From Poseidonia sp. (GTDB taxonomy: Archaea; Thermoplasmatota; Poseidoniia; Poseidoniales; Poseidoniaceae): a DNA stretch of 64,000 bases. The translations under genes were made by a program, and so were the position numbers. The stretch lies in NCBI GenBank assembly GCA_049627345.1, contig JBMZXF010000004.1, positions 17,957-81,956 of the forward strand, written 5' to 3'. Shown in pieces: positions 7,879 to 17,091 of this stretch (the stretch's first letter is position 1; each line of letters begins with the position of its first letter). The notes beneath the pieces were generated by a model, which was not told where the DNA came from, did not search any database, and worked only from the letters and a program-made list of their open reading frames with translations.

Positions 7879-10800
7879 TCATTGCATCCCGAACCGGTCG
7901 CCACCTTCACCTCCGCCACCACGGCGAAGCATCAACGAGAGAACCGCCACGGCACCGAGGAAGACCACCAGCCCCAAGGCGCCAAGCACCATCGTACTGA
8001 GGCCACCCTCGGAGACGCCCGGAGCATCGGGTTCGGCGAGCGTAATCACAGCGGACCCCGTGTTCATCTCCCCGTAGACGTCAAACGCCCTCAACGAGAC
8101 TTGGTGCGTGCCAAGGGGTGTTCCACCCCGTACGGACAGAAGGACACTGTAGGTGCCATCGCCCGCCACCTCATCACCACCGTTCACGCCGTCGTCGTGC
8201 ATCATGGCCCATTCGCCACCACCGATGGGCGCAAAGACGCCAAGGCGGATTTGAACGCGTTCGACGCCGTCAGGATCGCTGGCTTGGATCGTGTAGACCG
8301 TTTGCTCGTCAGGGTTTTTGTCGAGGCGGACCGAGTCGCTGACCAGCACGGGCCGGTCGTTGAGGATGTGAATTTCAATGGGCAGTTCCGCCTCCGACGC
8401 GACGTGGTGCGGCCCGTACACGGGGCTTCCAACCTCGTCGACCGGCGTGAAGAACCGCTGCTGGGTGGTGGCCCCCAGACCGTCGGTGGCCACGATCAGC
8501 ATGGACCGATGGCCCGGATTCATTCCGATGGGCATCTCGACCATGGCCGCCCAAACCAAACCGTCTTCTGAGGTCATGTTCACAACCTCGCCCCCGTACT
8601 CCCGAAGATCCAGCTGGACCCGATCAACGCCGTGCCCGTCGTAGGCCTCAACGTTGATGACAGCGGATTGACCACGCTCAAGGGAGGTCGGCACCACCTC
8701 GACGTCAAGGATTCGCGGGGCCTGGTTGCTCACATCGAGCTCTCCCGTGGTGGAACTCGTGGCTCCGAAACTGTCCGTAGCAGACACGCCGACCGAGTGA
8801 GCGCCGACCTGGAGGCCGGGGATGATCACCGACGCCGTGTAGACGTCATCACCGATGGCGGCGTCGCCGTTGAGCCCGCGGTCGTTGAGTTCCACTTCGC
8901 CCACATCAAGTGACGAAAGGTCGGCGGTCACGCCGACGACGTTCCACTCCGGGTCGGTGACGCTCACTTCGAGGTGAGCGACCATCGCGCCCTCACCGAT
9001 GGCAAGCCCGTCTCGCCACTGGAGTTCACCGATGGACGGAGCCGTGTTGTCATCCTCGCTGACGATCTCCGGAGAAAGCACGCGCTCGAGGGTTTGGGTT
9101 TCCTCCAGCACGACCGTTTCGCTGTCCTCGCCAAACGGCACGGCCAACGTTCGCTGGACGGTGGACAGGAGGCCTTTCAACGGCCCGGCGGACACCATGG
9201 CACCCGAAGCCAGACCGGCCTCACCGTCGCCCTCGTAGAAGCCCGTCCACTCGATGACCGTGAGGTTGTGCCCGTCCCTCACATCGATGCGGGTGTCACC
9301 GGCCGACACCGTCAGCGTGATGCCCTCCTGCCCTGCAAGACGAAGGCGGTCGTCCTTCATCAGCGGGATGGGCATGAGGCCTGTTTCTCGACCGACCGTC
9401 AGGTTGCCAAGCCCTTCCTCCGCCACCGGTGCCGTTGCGTTTTGCTGGATGGGGCTCCGTTCCGGAAGGTCCTCGCCTTCTGAGGCGTCCGGGCCGGTTT
9501 CTCGCCAAACGAGACGAACCGTTCGGTTGTCCCAATCGGACTGGACGGCTTGGTAGTCCCATGTTTGATTGTGCGTAGCGCCAACACCAGCGCCGTCAAA
9601 GAAATTCCCGCCGTTGATGCCGGTGATGTTAAACCAGGACTCTTGGAAAATGACGTTCACGAGGAAGCGTTCGCCCGTGGCGTTGGCTTGCATGCCGGTG
9701 TCTTCGATGGTTCGAACCACACCGAAGGTGCCCTGCACGTCGCCCGAAAGGGTGCCGTCAACGTGGAGGTCGTCGATGATGGTCGTACCGTTTTCGAGTT
9801 TGGTGTGCAAGTCGAGAATGGTACCGTTCACCTGCAATGAGGCATTTTCATCCTGGTCCGCAAATCCGAAGGTGCCGGCTCCGTAGAGCTCCTCCAAATG
9901 CTGCGTGCGCACACCGTTTTCCCACCGAGCAAGGGAGGAAAAGCCGTCCAGCGAAACATCCAGCCGAGACCCATCTTCAATCAGGATGAAATCAGCCATC
10001 GCTTCAAACTGGGTGTGCTGAAGCAACCGCTCGCCGTCAAGGTCGACGTACTCAAACAAGAACACAGCGAGTTCGCCATCAATGGAAAGCGAGTTGTTCT
10101 CCTCTCCATCCTCCGAGACGTTGAGCAAGCCCGTGGCCTCGATTGAAAGGTGTTCACCAACCACGCCGTTGATGACCGACCGGTTGAGAAGTGCCTGCGA
10201 CACATCGGCGTCGATCACCGTGACCATGTCGCCGTCAATGACCGTGGTCCGGAGGTTTCCAAATCCACGAGCATCAAAGACTTGGCTGGTGAGCAGTCCT
10301 GCGACGACGGTCTCGTTCTTCCACAGTTGAGTCAGCACCAAGTCCATGTCCGTTGTCCCGTCTTCCGTGGTTTCCACGGTTCGGAAGGTCCCGTTGCCGA
10401 GTTCCCATGATGAGAGGGTGGTGCCGACCCGTTCCTGCCAACCCTGCCCCGTAAAGGAGAGGTCAAACGCCTGCTCCCCGGCTTCGGTGGTGTAGTTCTG
10501 GCTCATCGCCCAGGAGGTCGAAAGGAGGACTTCATGGTCGTCCATCGGTTGATTCCACTGCCCGACGGTGAAGGTGCGCTGCGTGGCGATGTCGAGGCCC
10601 GATGTCCCGTCGTGCTCCGTGATGGTGACGGTCAAATCGATGACATCACCCCACGCCAAGGGCGTGTCAAACGTGAGGAGGGCTGTGCGTACACCGTCCA
10701 TGCTGTCCCATGCGAGGTTGTGTGAGGTCGCCAGCGCCGTGCCGTTCCGTTCCTGGAGCATGTCGATGTCAACGCTGTATGTTCCGTTGTCCGAGAAGGT

Positions 10801-10953
10801 CAGGGTGTAGGCGTGAAGGGTTGCTGTGGGCCCGTCTCCGACCCAGTGCGTGGTGATCTGCACCGATGGAACCTCGTCCGCTTGAACCGAGGCCGGCACC
10901 AGCGACATCGCCAAAACAACCGCAAGGCAGAGGCTCACTCCTCGATTCGTCAT
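7879..10953 (-). CDS. Large acidic secreted, C-terminally anchored surface protein with Ig-like / choice-of-anchor X-like domains
   Basis: Signal peptide (VQA|D), many N-x-T/S sequons, two DDG..GD.xxGDG.Y-type motifs (LNDRGLNGDAAIGDDVYT; MHDDGVNGGDEVAGDGTYS), and a C-terminal TM followed by RR. Confidence 0.75.
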   Translation of the reverse strand: MTNRGVSLCLAVVLAMSLVPASVQADEVPSVQITTHWVGDGPTATLHAYTLTFSDNGTYSVDIDMLQERNGTALATSHNLAWDSMDGVRTALLTFDTPLAWGDVIDLTVTITEHDGTSGLDIATQRTFTVGQWNQPMDDHEVLLSTSWAMSQNYTTEAGEQAFDLSFTGQGWQERVGTTLSSWELGNGTFRTVETTEDGTTDMDLVLTQLWKNETVVAGLLTSQVFDARGFGNLRTTVIDGDMVTVIDADVSQALLNRSVINGVVGEHLSIEATGLLNVSEDGEENNSLSIDGELAVFLFEYVDLDGERLLQHTQFEAMADFILIEDGSRLDVSLDGFSSLARWENGVRTQHLEELYGAGTFGFADQDENASLQVNGTILDLHTKLENGTTIIDDLHVDGTLSGDVQGTFGVVRTIEDTGMQANATGERFLVNVIFQESWFNITGINGGNFFDGAGVGATHNQTWDYQAVQSDWDNRTVRLVWRETGPDASEGEDLPERSPIQQNATAPVAEEGLGNLTVGRETGLMPIPLMKDDRLRLAGQEGITLTVSAGDTRIDVRDGHNLTVIEWTGFYEGDGEAGLASGAMVSAGPLKGLLSTVQRTLAVPFGEDSETVVLEETQTLERVLSPEIVSEDDNTAPSIGELQWRDGLAIGEGAMVAHLEVSVTDPEWNVVGVTADLSSLDVGEVELNDRGLNGDAAIGDDVYTASVIIPGLQVGAHSVGVSATDSFGATSSTTGELDVSNQAPRILDVEVVPTSLERGQSAVINVEAYDGHGVDRVQLDLREYGGEVVNMTSEDGLVWAAMVEMPIGMNPGHRSMLIVATDGLGATTQQRFFTPVDEVGSPVYGPHHVASEAELPIEIHILNDRPVLVSDSVRLDKNPDEQTVYTIQASDPDGVERVQIRLGVFAPIGGGEWAMMHDDGVNGGDEVAGDGTYSVLLSVRGGTPLGTHQVSLRAFDVYGEMNTGSAVITLAEPDAPGVSEGGLSTMVLGALGLVVFLGAVAVLSLMLRRGGGGEGGDRFGMQ

Positions 10954-11003
10954 GATGAGAAGGTGGTGCTGCTCCCCTTCAAGACTTTGGGGATGATGTG
11001 CCC

Positions 11004-11963
11004 CTAGCGGTCAAGAACATAGGCGAACATGAGGGGCAGCACGATGGTTGCATCGCTTTGGACGTTGAACTTCGGCGTCTCCACGGCCAGTTTTCCCCAC
11101 GTGATTTTCTCGTTGGGCGGTGCCCCGGAGTAACCGCCGTAGGAGGCGGTGGCGTCCGTGATTTGACAAAACCAGGACCAAAGTTGCACCTCTTGTTGGC
11201 CCAAATCTTGGTGGAGCAAGGGCACCACGCAGATGGGGAAATCCCCGGCGATGCCCCCACCAGACTGAAGAAACGCCAAGGGTGTGGTGCACGAGCGGTA
11301 GAACGCCATCAAGTCCGTCATGTAGTGGGTCCCACTCAGCACCACATCGGGATGAAGGTGCCCTTCTGAACAACGAGCAGCGAAAATGTTGCCAAGCGTA
11401 GAATCCTCCCACCCTGGGACATAGAGCGGAAGGTTGACCTCAGCGGCGGCCAGCAACCAGGAGTGGTTTGGGTCGGCTTGGTAGGTGCCTTCGAGAACCC
11501 CCGAGCGCAGCAAACGATACAGGTGTTCGTGGGGCAGCAGGCATTCATTGGACTCCTGTGCAGCCCGCCACACACCCATGAGATGATGTTCAATGGCCCG
11601 AATCGCGGCGTCCTCAGGAATGCAGACGTCGGTCACCCGGTTCAACTTGCGTTTCAGCAACGCCGCCTCATCTTCAGGCGAGAGGTCCTCGTGATTGGTC
11701 ACCTTGACGTAGGCATCGTGAGCGACCAAGTTGAACACGTCCTCTTCGAGATTCGCCCCCGTGCAGGAGATGGCTGCGATGTGTCCAGCACGGATCATGT
11801 CGGCCAAGCTACGCCCAATTTCCGCCGTGCTCATGGCACCGGCCAGCGTCAGAAAAATACGTCCGCCCTCATCGAGGAATTCCACGAGCGAAGACGATGC
11901 CCGAGCGACCGTCCCCGCGTTGAAGTGGCGGTAGTGCTCGTCGACAAAGGAGCGAATGGACAT
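11004..11963 (-). CDS. Deoxyhypusine synthase-like protein (bacterial-type, probable homospermidine synthase)
   Basis: HFNAG, LAGAMSTAE, TGANLEED, NRVTD, GGGIAGDF and YSGAPPNEKITWGK (contains the catalytic Lys). Confidence 0.88.
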   Translation of the reverse strand: MSIRSFVDEHYRHFNAGTVARASSSLVEFLDEGGRIFLTLAGAMSTAEIGRSLADMIRAGHIAAISCTGANLEEDVFNLVAHDAYVKVTNHEDLSPEDEAALLKRKLNRVTDVCIPEDAAIRAIEHHLMGVWRAAQESNECLLPHEHLYRLLRSGVLEGTYQADPNHSWLLAAAEVNLPLYVPGWEDSTLGNIFAARCSEGHLHPDVVLSGTHYMTDLMAFYRSCTTPLAFLQSGGGIAGDFPICVVPLLHQDLGQQEVQLWSWFCQITDATASYGGYSGAPPNEKITWGKLAVETPKFNVQSDATIVLPLMFAYVLDR

Positions 11964-11966
11964 CGC

Positions 11967-12353
11967 TCAACCCTCCGTCAGAAACCGATCCACGCGGTCT
12001 TTTCGCGTTCGCAACAGGTTCGGAAACCGCGCCGTGAGTCGCTCATCGAGGTAGGAAGCGATGATTTCGGGGTCGGTGTCGCCACAGGTGAAGCAATCCA
12101 CGGCCAGCAGACCTCGGTCGGCGTAGCAGTGAGCCGTGATATGACTCTCGTCAATGAGCACCACGGCCGCAAACCCGGGTGGCGAAGTGCTTCCATCAAA
12201 CGGAGCAAGGTGGGCGTGGACCTCGGTGGCAGGGCTTCGAGCGACCGCTTCTCGCATCGCGGAAAAGAGCCACTGATAGTCGTCTTCGCCCCCAAAATAG
12301 GCGTTGACATAATCGAGAAACACGTGGGCCCCTTGGGGAGGGTTGACCGTCAT
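11967..12353 (-). CDS. Pyruvoyl-dependent S-adenosylmethionine decarboxylase-family proenzyme (SpeD-like; substrate uncertain)
   Basis: GAHVFLD, GFAAVVLIDE|SHITAH autocleavage site and AVDCFTCG. Alternative start at 12380. Confidence 0.85.
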   Translation of the reverse strand: MTVNPPQGAHVFLDYVNAYFGGEDDYQWLFSAMREAVARSPATEVHAHLAPFDGSTSPPGFAAVVLIDESHITAHCYADRGLLAVDCFTCGDTDPEIIASYLDERLTARFPNLLRTRKDRVDRFLTEG

Positions 12354-12388
12354 GGACTCACCTGCGCCCTGCCTCACCATGGCCTATT

Positions 12389-13402
12389 TCAAGGTGCCGA
12401 AGGAACGCTCGGCACAAACCGCTGAAAATACGTTTCATCCTTGGACTGATGAGGAGAAGAACGAGCCACCCACCGTCCTTCGCGGCGTGCGAGCACATGG
12501 CTGGCGATGATCTTGGTGGCGAGGCATGCCGCCGTAAATTGCGTGAGTGGCGTGTGGTGTTGGGCTACGATTTCGTTCACGTCGGCGCTGATCACCATCA
12601 CGTTGGGATTGGCAAACAGCGTCTCGATGGTTTCCACCGCTTGCCAGTAACTCAGCCCTCCCGGCACAGGGGTGCCGGTAGCGGGTACCAAAGCGCCGTC
12701 CAGTCCGTCGATGTCAAGCGTGAAATGAACGGGACCGGACAACGATGAAAGTTGGTCAAGCCACGCTTGCCAGGCTGCTCCACCGGTGTAGGGGTGTTGG
12801 GTGTCTCGAGCAAAGAAGGTCGTGATGCGCTCATCGCTTTGAATCCGCTCCGCTTCCTCCAAACTGTAGGCGCGAATGCCCGCCTGCAACAGCCGCCCTA
12901 CACCCACATCAAGGCTGCGCGAGGCCGCACAAGCATGGGAGAACACTTCGTCGTCAAGGGACATCCGCAGGTCGGCGTGAGCGTCGAGTTGCACCACTGA
13001 CAGATTTGACAGGTCGCCGTTGACGGCCGGATGATGGCGAGCAGCGTGCATGATGGGCGGCAGAATGCCGTGCTCACCTCCCAAAAACAGGGGGAACTGG
13101 TCGCCGTTGTAGAACGAAGCGGCGTGCGCCGCCAGTTCGTCCAACTGTGCTCGCAGTGTCGGGGCAGTTCCCTCCCAAACGGGCTCGGTTGAAATGACGA
13201 GGCCGGCCGGAAGGTCGTCACCCAGTCGGTCGTCGTACAACTCAACCTGAGCGCTGGCCTCAACGCAGGCCTGCGGTCCATCGCAAGCGCCGGTTCCGTA
13301 CGAGGTCGTCAACTCGTAGGCGAGGGGGACCACGGCAACATCGGCTGGACCCTGACCGCGAGGCAGGCCGAGAAACGCCCCCTCCTCAAAGTCCTCGGAC
13401 AT
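12389..13402 (-). CDS. speB: Agmatinase (ureohydrolase)
   Basis: TTSYGTG, GGEHG, DAHADLR, TLDIDGLD and TGTPVPGGL. Confidence 0.9.
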   Translation of the reverse strand: MSEDFEEGAFLGLPRGQGPADVAVVPLAYELTTSYGTGACDGPQACVEASAQVELYDDRLGDDLPAGLVISTEPVWEGTAPTLRAQLDELAAHAASFYNGDQFPLFLGGEHGILPPIMHAARHHPAVNGDLSNLSVVQLDAHADLRMSLDDEVFSHACAASRSLDVGVGRLLQAGIRAYSLEEAERIQSDERITTFFARDTQHPYTGGAAWQAWLDQLSSLSGPVHFTLDIDGLDGALVPATGTPVPGGLSYWQAVETIETLFANPNVMVISADVNEIVAQHHTPLTQFTAACLATKIIASHVLARREGRWVARSSPHQSKDETYFQRFVPSVPSAP

Positions 13403-13580
13403 GGTTTGTTGCCGTCCTCGCCACCTTCATCATCCTGCCGATGAGAGCAAGACCCCGAATTTCGGGTCCAAAGGGCTGATTTCATGAAAAGACATGGAAC
13501 ACTTAATATGGGTCGGTGACCAATAAAATATAGCAACGGGGACCGAAAACACCCGGTTTCCCGAGTTCGGAGGCGAGACG

Positions 13581-14000
13581 ATGGGCATGACACTTGCAGA
13601 ACTGACGAAAGCGATTCAACAGCACATTGACCTTGACATGGACGCCGAGGTCGCCCAAGGCATGGCCGAACACGCGCTCGGCTTCTTTGGCTTTTACAAT
13701 CGCATCATCGACAACGCCCTTGAGCCCACCGACCGCAACCTGTTTTACATGTTCCAAGACTACGACCTGCTCACCACTGAATCCGAAGAAACCACGCTGT
13801 GGGACGGACGGGAATGGCGCATCCACTACTGGAAGTTCAAGCCTGACCTCCGCGAGCGCGTCGAGGCCTACATGCAGCGAAACCTGCAAGAGGAAGAAAT
13901 CGATCCCTTCGCCGACATTTACGCCACCGACGGACCCAGCATCTGGACGCGTGAGGGCGAAAAGGTGGCCAACCCCAACGCCTTCACCTCTGACTGGTGA
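13581..14000 (+). CDS. Conserved hypothetical protein (resembles a Thermoplasmata-specific family, possibly DUF6015)
   Basis: FFGFYNRIIDNALEPTDRNLFY...EETTLWDGREWRIHYW; strong codon bias. Family recalled from memory, not searched. Confidence 0.7.
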   Translation: MGMTLAELTKAIQQHIDLDMDAEVAQGMAEHALGFFGFYNRIIDNALEPTDRNLFYMFQDYDLLTTESEETTLWDGREWRIHYWKFKPDLRERVEAYMQRNLQEEEIDPFADIYATDGPSIWTREGEKVANPNAFTSDW

Positions 14001-14047
14001 GCGCGCCTCAGGCAAGCGTTTTTCATTTACCGGCGCAAGGCCCAACC

Positions 14048-15430
14048 ATGCGAGTAGCCATCAGCTTGGTTGTTTGCATGATGCTGGCCGTGCTCCCGCC
14101 CGCAGCCGCACAATACGATCCCGCCCAGACACCCGTCTGGCCGGGCGATCCCATTGACAGCCACGTCCACCTCACTTGGGCCACCCTCACCCTTGATGTC
14201 AACGACTGGGCGGATGAGTATCCGGAGATCGTCGACTTGACCAGCGCCGGTGAATCCGAACTCGGCAAAACCCTGTGGGTGGTTCGCCTGTCTGACTGGT
14301 CGATGGACACCAAACCCAACGGCTCAGCCAAGGAGATCATCTACATCGACGGCGGCCATCACGGGAACGAATACCTCGGAACTGCGCTGGCCTACTTGAC
14401 GGCAAAGTGGTACATCAACGCCTGGAGTGAAGGGAGCGAAGAGGCCATCACGGTGCTGCAAAACACCGAACTCCACATCCTCATCATGCTCAATCCTGAC
14501 GGCAACGACATCGATACACGATGGAACATCAACCAGGTTGACTTGAATCGAAATTACGACCACTACTGGAACACCTGCCCGACCACGCAGCCCGGCAGCA
14601 GTGCGTTCAGTGAAGCGGAAACGGCCGCCAACTCGGCCTACATGAACGCCTTTGCCACCGATGCCGACCTGTACGTCACCATGCACACCGGTGTTTGGAT
14701 CATGCTCTACCCGTGGGGCAAATGGCCCGAACAACCCCCCGACTGGGAACTGTTTTGGCGCATCCGTGAGGACGTTCAGGCCAACGTCTCAGAAATCCCC
14801 ATTCAAAATGCCAATCAAGGGCTCTATCCCAACTGCGGCACCAGCCGAGACTACGGGTACGGCGTGATGGGCTTCCCCACGTTCACCTTCGAGACCGACG
14901 ACGAGCAATTTGTCCCGGGCAGTTTTGAGAACCTCAACGAGCGACTCGGTGAAGAAATGGACGTGATGCGCTTCCTCATCGACAACGTCTGGTACTGGCG
15001 TGCACGACTCGATGTGCAATCCATTGTGCTTGACGACGACGAGTTGACCTTGGACGTCATGAACCACGGTCGAGCTTCAACCGCCAACGCCAGCCTGGAA
15101 TACCACAGCCCTGCAGGCGAAGTCTTGTGGGCATCGCCGCTCTTTGGTGTCAACGCCAGCAACGCCACCCAAGTCACCTTCGAGGTGGACGGGGATGTGC
15201 TTGGCGGTGACGGGGTGTGGAACCTGAACTATCAGAAGCGCGTCATCAACGCCGCCATTTGGGTCAATGAAACCGTTGACAGCAACGTTTCGTTAACGGT
15301 GATGGAAGACGAGGAAGGGTTCCTCCTCGGCTACGGGCTGTTCAACCCCGTCTCGGTCTTGCTCGCCCTCGTCGGGGTCAGCACCCTGAAGCGAAGCGAC
15401 CTCAACGGACGAGAAGACGACCTCGTTTGA
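14048..15430 (+). CDS. Secreted, membrane-anchored M14 zinc carboxypeptidase
   Basis: Signal peptide, GGHHGNE (HxxE), NPDG, DLNRNY, FSEAET, TMHTG, FTFE and a C-terminal TM. The ORF is open from 13997. Confidence 0.88.
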   Translation: MRVAISLVVCMMLAVLPPAAAQYDPAQTPVWPGDPIDSHVHLTWATLTLDVNDWADEYPEIVDLTSAGESELGKTLWVVRLSDWSMDTKPNGSAKEIIYIDGGHHGNEYLGTALAYLTAKWYINAWSEGSEEAITVLQNTELHILIMLNPDGNDIDTRWNINQVDLNRNYDHYWNTCPTTQPGSSAFSEAETAANSAYMNAFATDADLYVTMHTGVWIMLYPWGKWPEQPPDWELFWRIREDVQANVSEIPIQNANQGLYPNCGTSRDYGYGVMGFPTFTFETDDEQFVPGSFENLNERLGEEMDVMRFLIDNVWYWRARLDVQSIVLDDDELTLDVMNHGRASTANASLEYHSPAGEVLWASPLFGVNASNATQVTFEVDGDVLGGDGVWNLNYQKRVINAAIWVNETVDSNVSLTVMEDEEGFLLGYGLFNPVSVLLALVGVSTLKRSDLNGREDDLV

Positions 15431-15511
15431 GGCGAACAACGCCCCTTGGAGGCTAACCGATGACTGCGAGGGTTGAAGTGCAGGAAATCGTTGGGGCATA
15501 CCGGTGAACCC

Positions 15512-17005
15512 ATGCAAGTGACCATCAGTTCAGGCAACAACATCAACGGAACCCTCGTCCTTCCGCTGTTTGAAGGCGAAGAAGCACTCCCCGAAATCGT
15601 AGAAGGGATTCCTTCCACCCTCAAAGCCCAAATCAACCGCGTGCTGGCTGATGGCGACTTCAAGGCCAAGGCCAACGCCACGATGACCCTTGTGGGAACC
15701 GAAGGCGGCAAGGCCATGCTCGTCGGCCTCGGCAAGACCGACAAGGCCGACGTCCACGCCTACAGGGAAGCCGGTGCAACCGTGGTCGCTTCCTGCAAGA
15801 AAGTTCACGGCAACGAATTGACCGTCGTGTTCCACGATGCCGATCTGTCATCCATGGCCTCCTTTGCTGAAGGCATGATGCTTCGTGATTATTCCTACAA
15901 CATCTACAAGATGAAGGACGACGATGAGGAGGAGACGAACCTCTCCGCTCGTATCAACTGCAACGAAGGCGACGCTACCGCCCTCTCAGCCGCCATCGAC
16001 CGAGCCGCCTCCATCGTGAGTGGCGTCCACCTCTCCCGAGACTTGGGCAACTGCCCCCCCAACGACATGTACCCCATGGCCTTCGCAGAGAAGGCTGAGC
16101 AATGGGCCAAGCAATACGACAACGCCAAGGTCGAAGTCATTGACTACGAAGCCGCCAAGCGACACGGCATGGGTGGCCTCGTGGCCGTTGGCATGGGTTC
16201 CTCACGCAAGCCATGCATGGTCATTTTCACCCTGAACGGCGACCAAAAAGGCCGACACCCCATGCTGGTGGGCAAGGGCATCACCTTCGACACGGGTGGC
16301 ATCTCGCTCAAGCCCGGTGCCAACATGGACGAAATGAAGTACGACATGGGTGGCTCCGCCACCGTTTTCGGGACCATGGAAGCGCTCGCTTCCAGCGGCT
16401 ACCCCGGCAAGGTGGTGGCCATCACGTGCATGGCTGAGAACATGCCCGCCGCCAACGCTCAGCGACCCGGCGACGTCATCACCACCCTCTCTGGCAAGAC
16501 CATCGAGGTGCTCAACACCGACGCCGAAGGCCGCTTGGTGCTCTCCGATGGCCTGTGGAAGGCCGGTACCGATTACGACCCCGAATACATCGTGGACTTT
16601 GCGACTTTGACCGGTGCCTGCGTTGTGGCTCTCGGTCACGAAGCGACCGGCTTGTGGTCCAACGACGACGACTTCCGTACCCGCATTCACGAAGCGGGCA
16701 ACGATGTTGGCGAACTCGCCTGGCCCATGCCACTCCTGCCCGCCTTTGAGAAGGAAATGACCGATTCAAAAATCGCCGACACCCGCAACCTCGGGGCAGG
16801 TCGATGGGGCGGTGCCAACACCGCCGCTGCCTTCCTCAAGCAATTCGTCCCCAACCGAGGCGAAGGCGACGATGCCGAGCAAATCACCTGGGCTCACATG
16901 GACATCGCTGGAACCTACTGGGGTGCGAAGACCAACAAGATGGTCGGTCACGGCGCCACTGGCATCCATGTCCGAACCATGGTCCGCCTGATCACCGGCG
17001 AGTGA
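15512..17005 (+). CDS. pepA: Leucyl aminopeptidase (M17)
   Basis: VGKGITFDTGG, MKYDMGG, NTDAEGRL, DFATLTGA and WAHMDIAG. Confidence 0.95.
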   Translation: MQVTISSGNNINGTLVLPLFEGEEALPEIVEGIPSTLKAQINRVLADGDFKAKANATMTLVGTEGGKAMLVGLGKTDKADVHAYREAGATVVASCKKVHGNELTVVFHDADLSSMASFAEGMMLRDYSYNIYKMKDDDEEETNLSARINCNEGDATALSAAIDRAASIVSGVHLSRDLGNCPPNDMYPMAFAEKAEQWAKQYDNAKVEVIDYEAAKRHGMGGLVAVGMGSSRKPCMVIFTLNGDQKGRHPMLVGKGITFDTGGISLKPGANMDEMKYDMGGSATVFGTMEALASSGYPGKVVAITCMAENMPAANAQRPGDVITTLSGKTIEVLNTDAEGRLVLSDGLWKAGTDYDPEYIVDFATLTGACVVALGHEATGLWSNDDDFRTRIHEAGNDVGELAWPMPLLPAFEKEMTDSKIADTRNLGAGRWGGANTAAAFLKQFVPNRGEGDDAEQITWAHMDIAGTYWGAKTNKMVGHGATGIHVRTMVRLITGE

Positions 17006-17091
17006 AGCGGCGTCCTTGGCTGGCAACGATCTCCGTTGGGGCTGCTCCATCGGTTTGGAGCGCATCCCCTGCACGGCCCACAACGAACGAT

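Noticed and set aside
7653..7922. N-terminal extension of the Alba ORF (196-aa version)
   Set aside because: It runs through tRNA-Gly; Alba homology starts at MSDRR (7652).
7724..13402. Integrated island at tRNA-Gly
   Set aside because: No integrase was found and I saw no duplicated tRNA 3' end (att site) in the window; the flanking genes look chromosomal.
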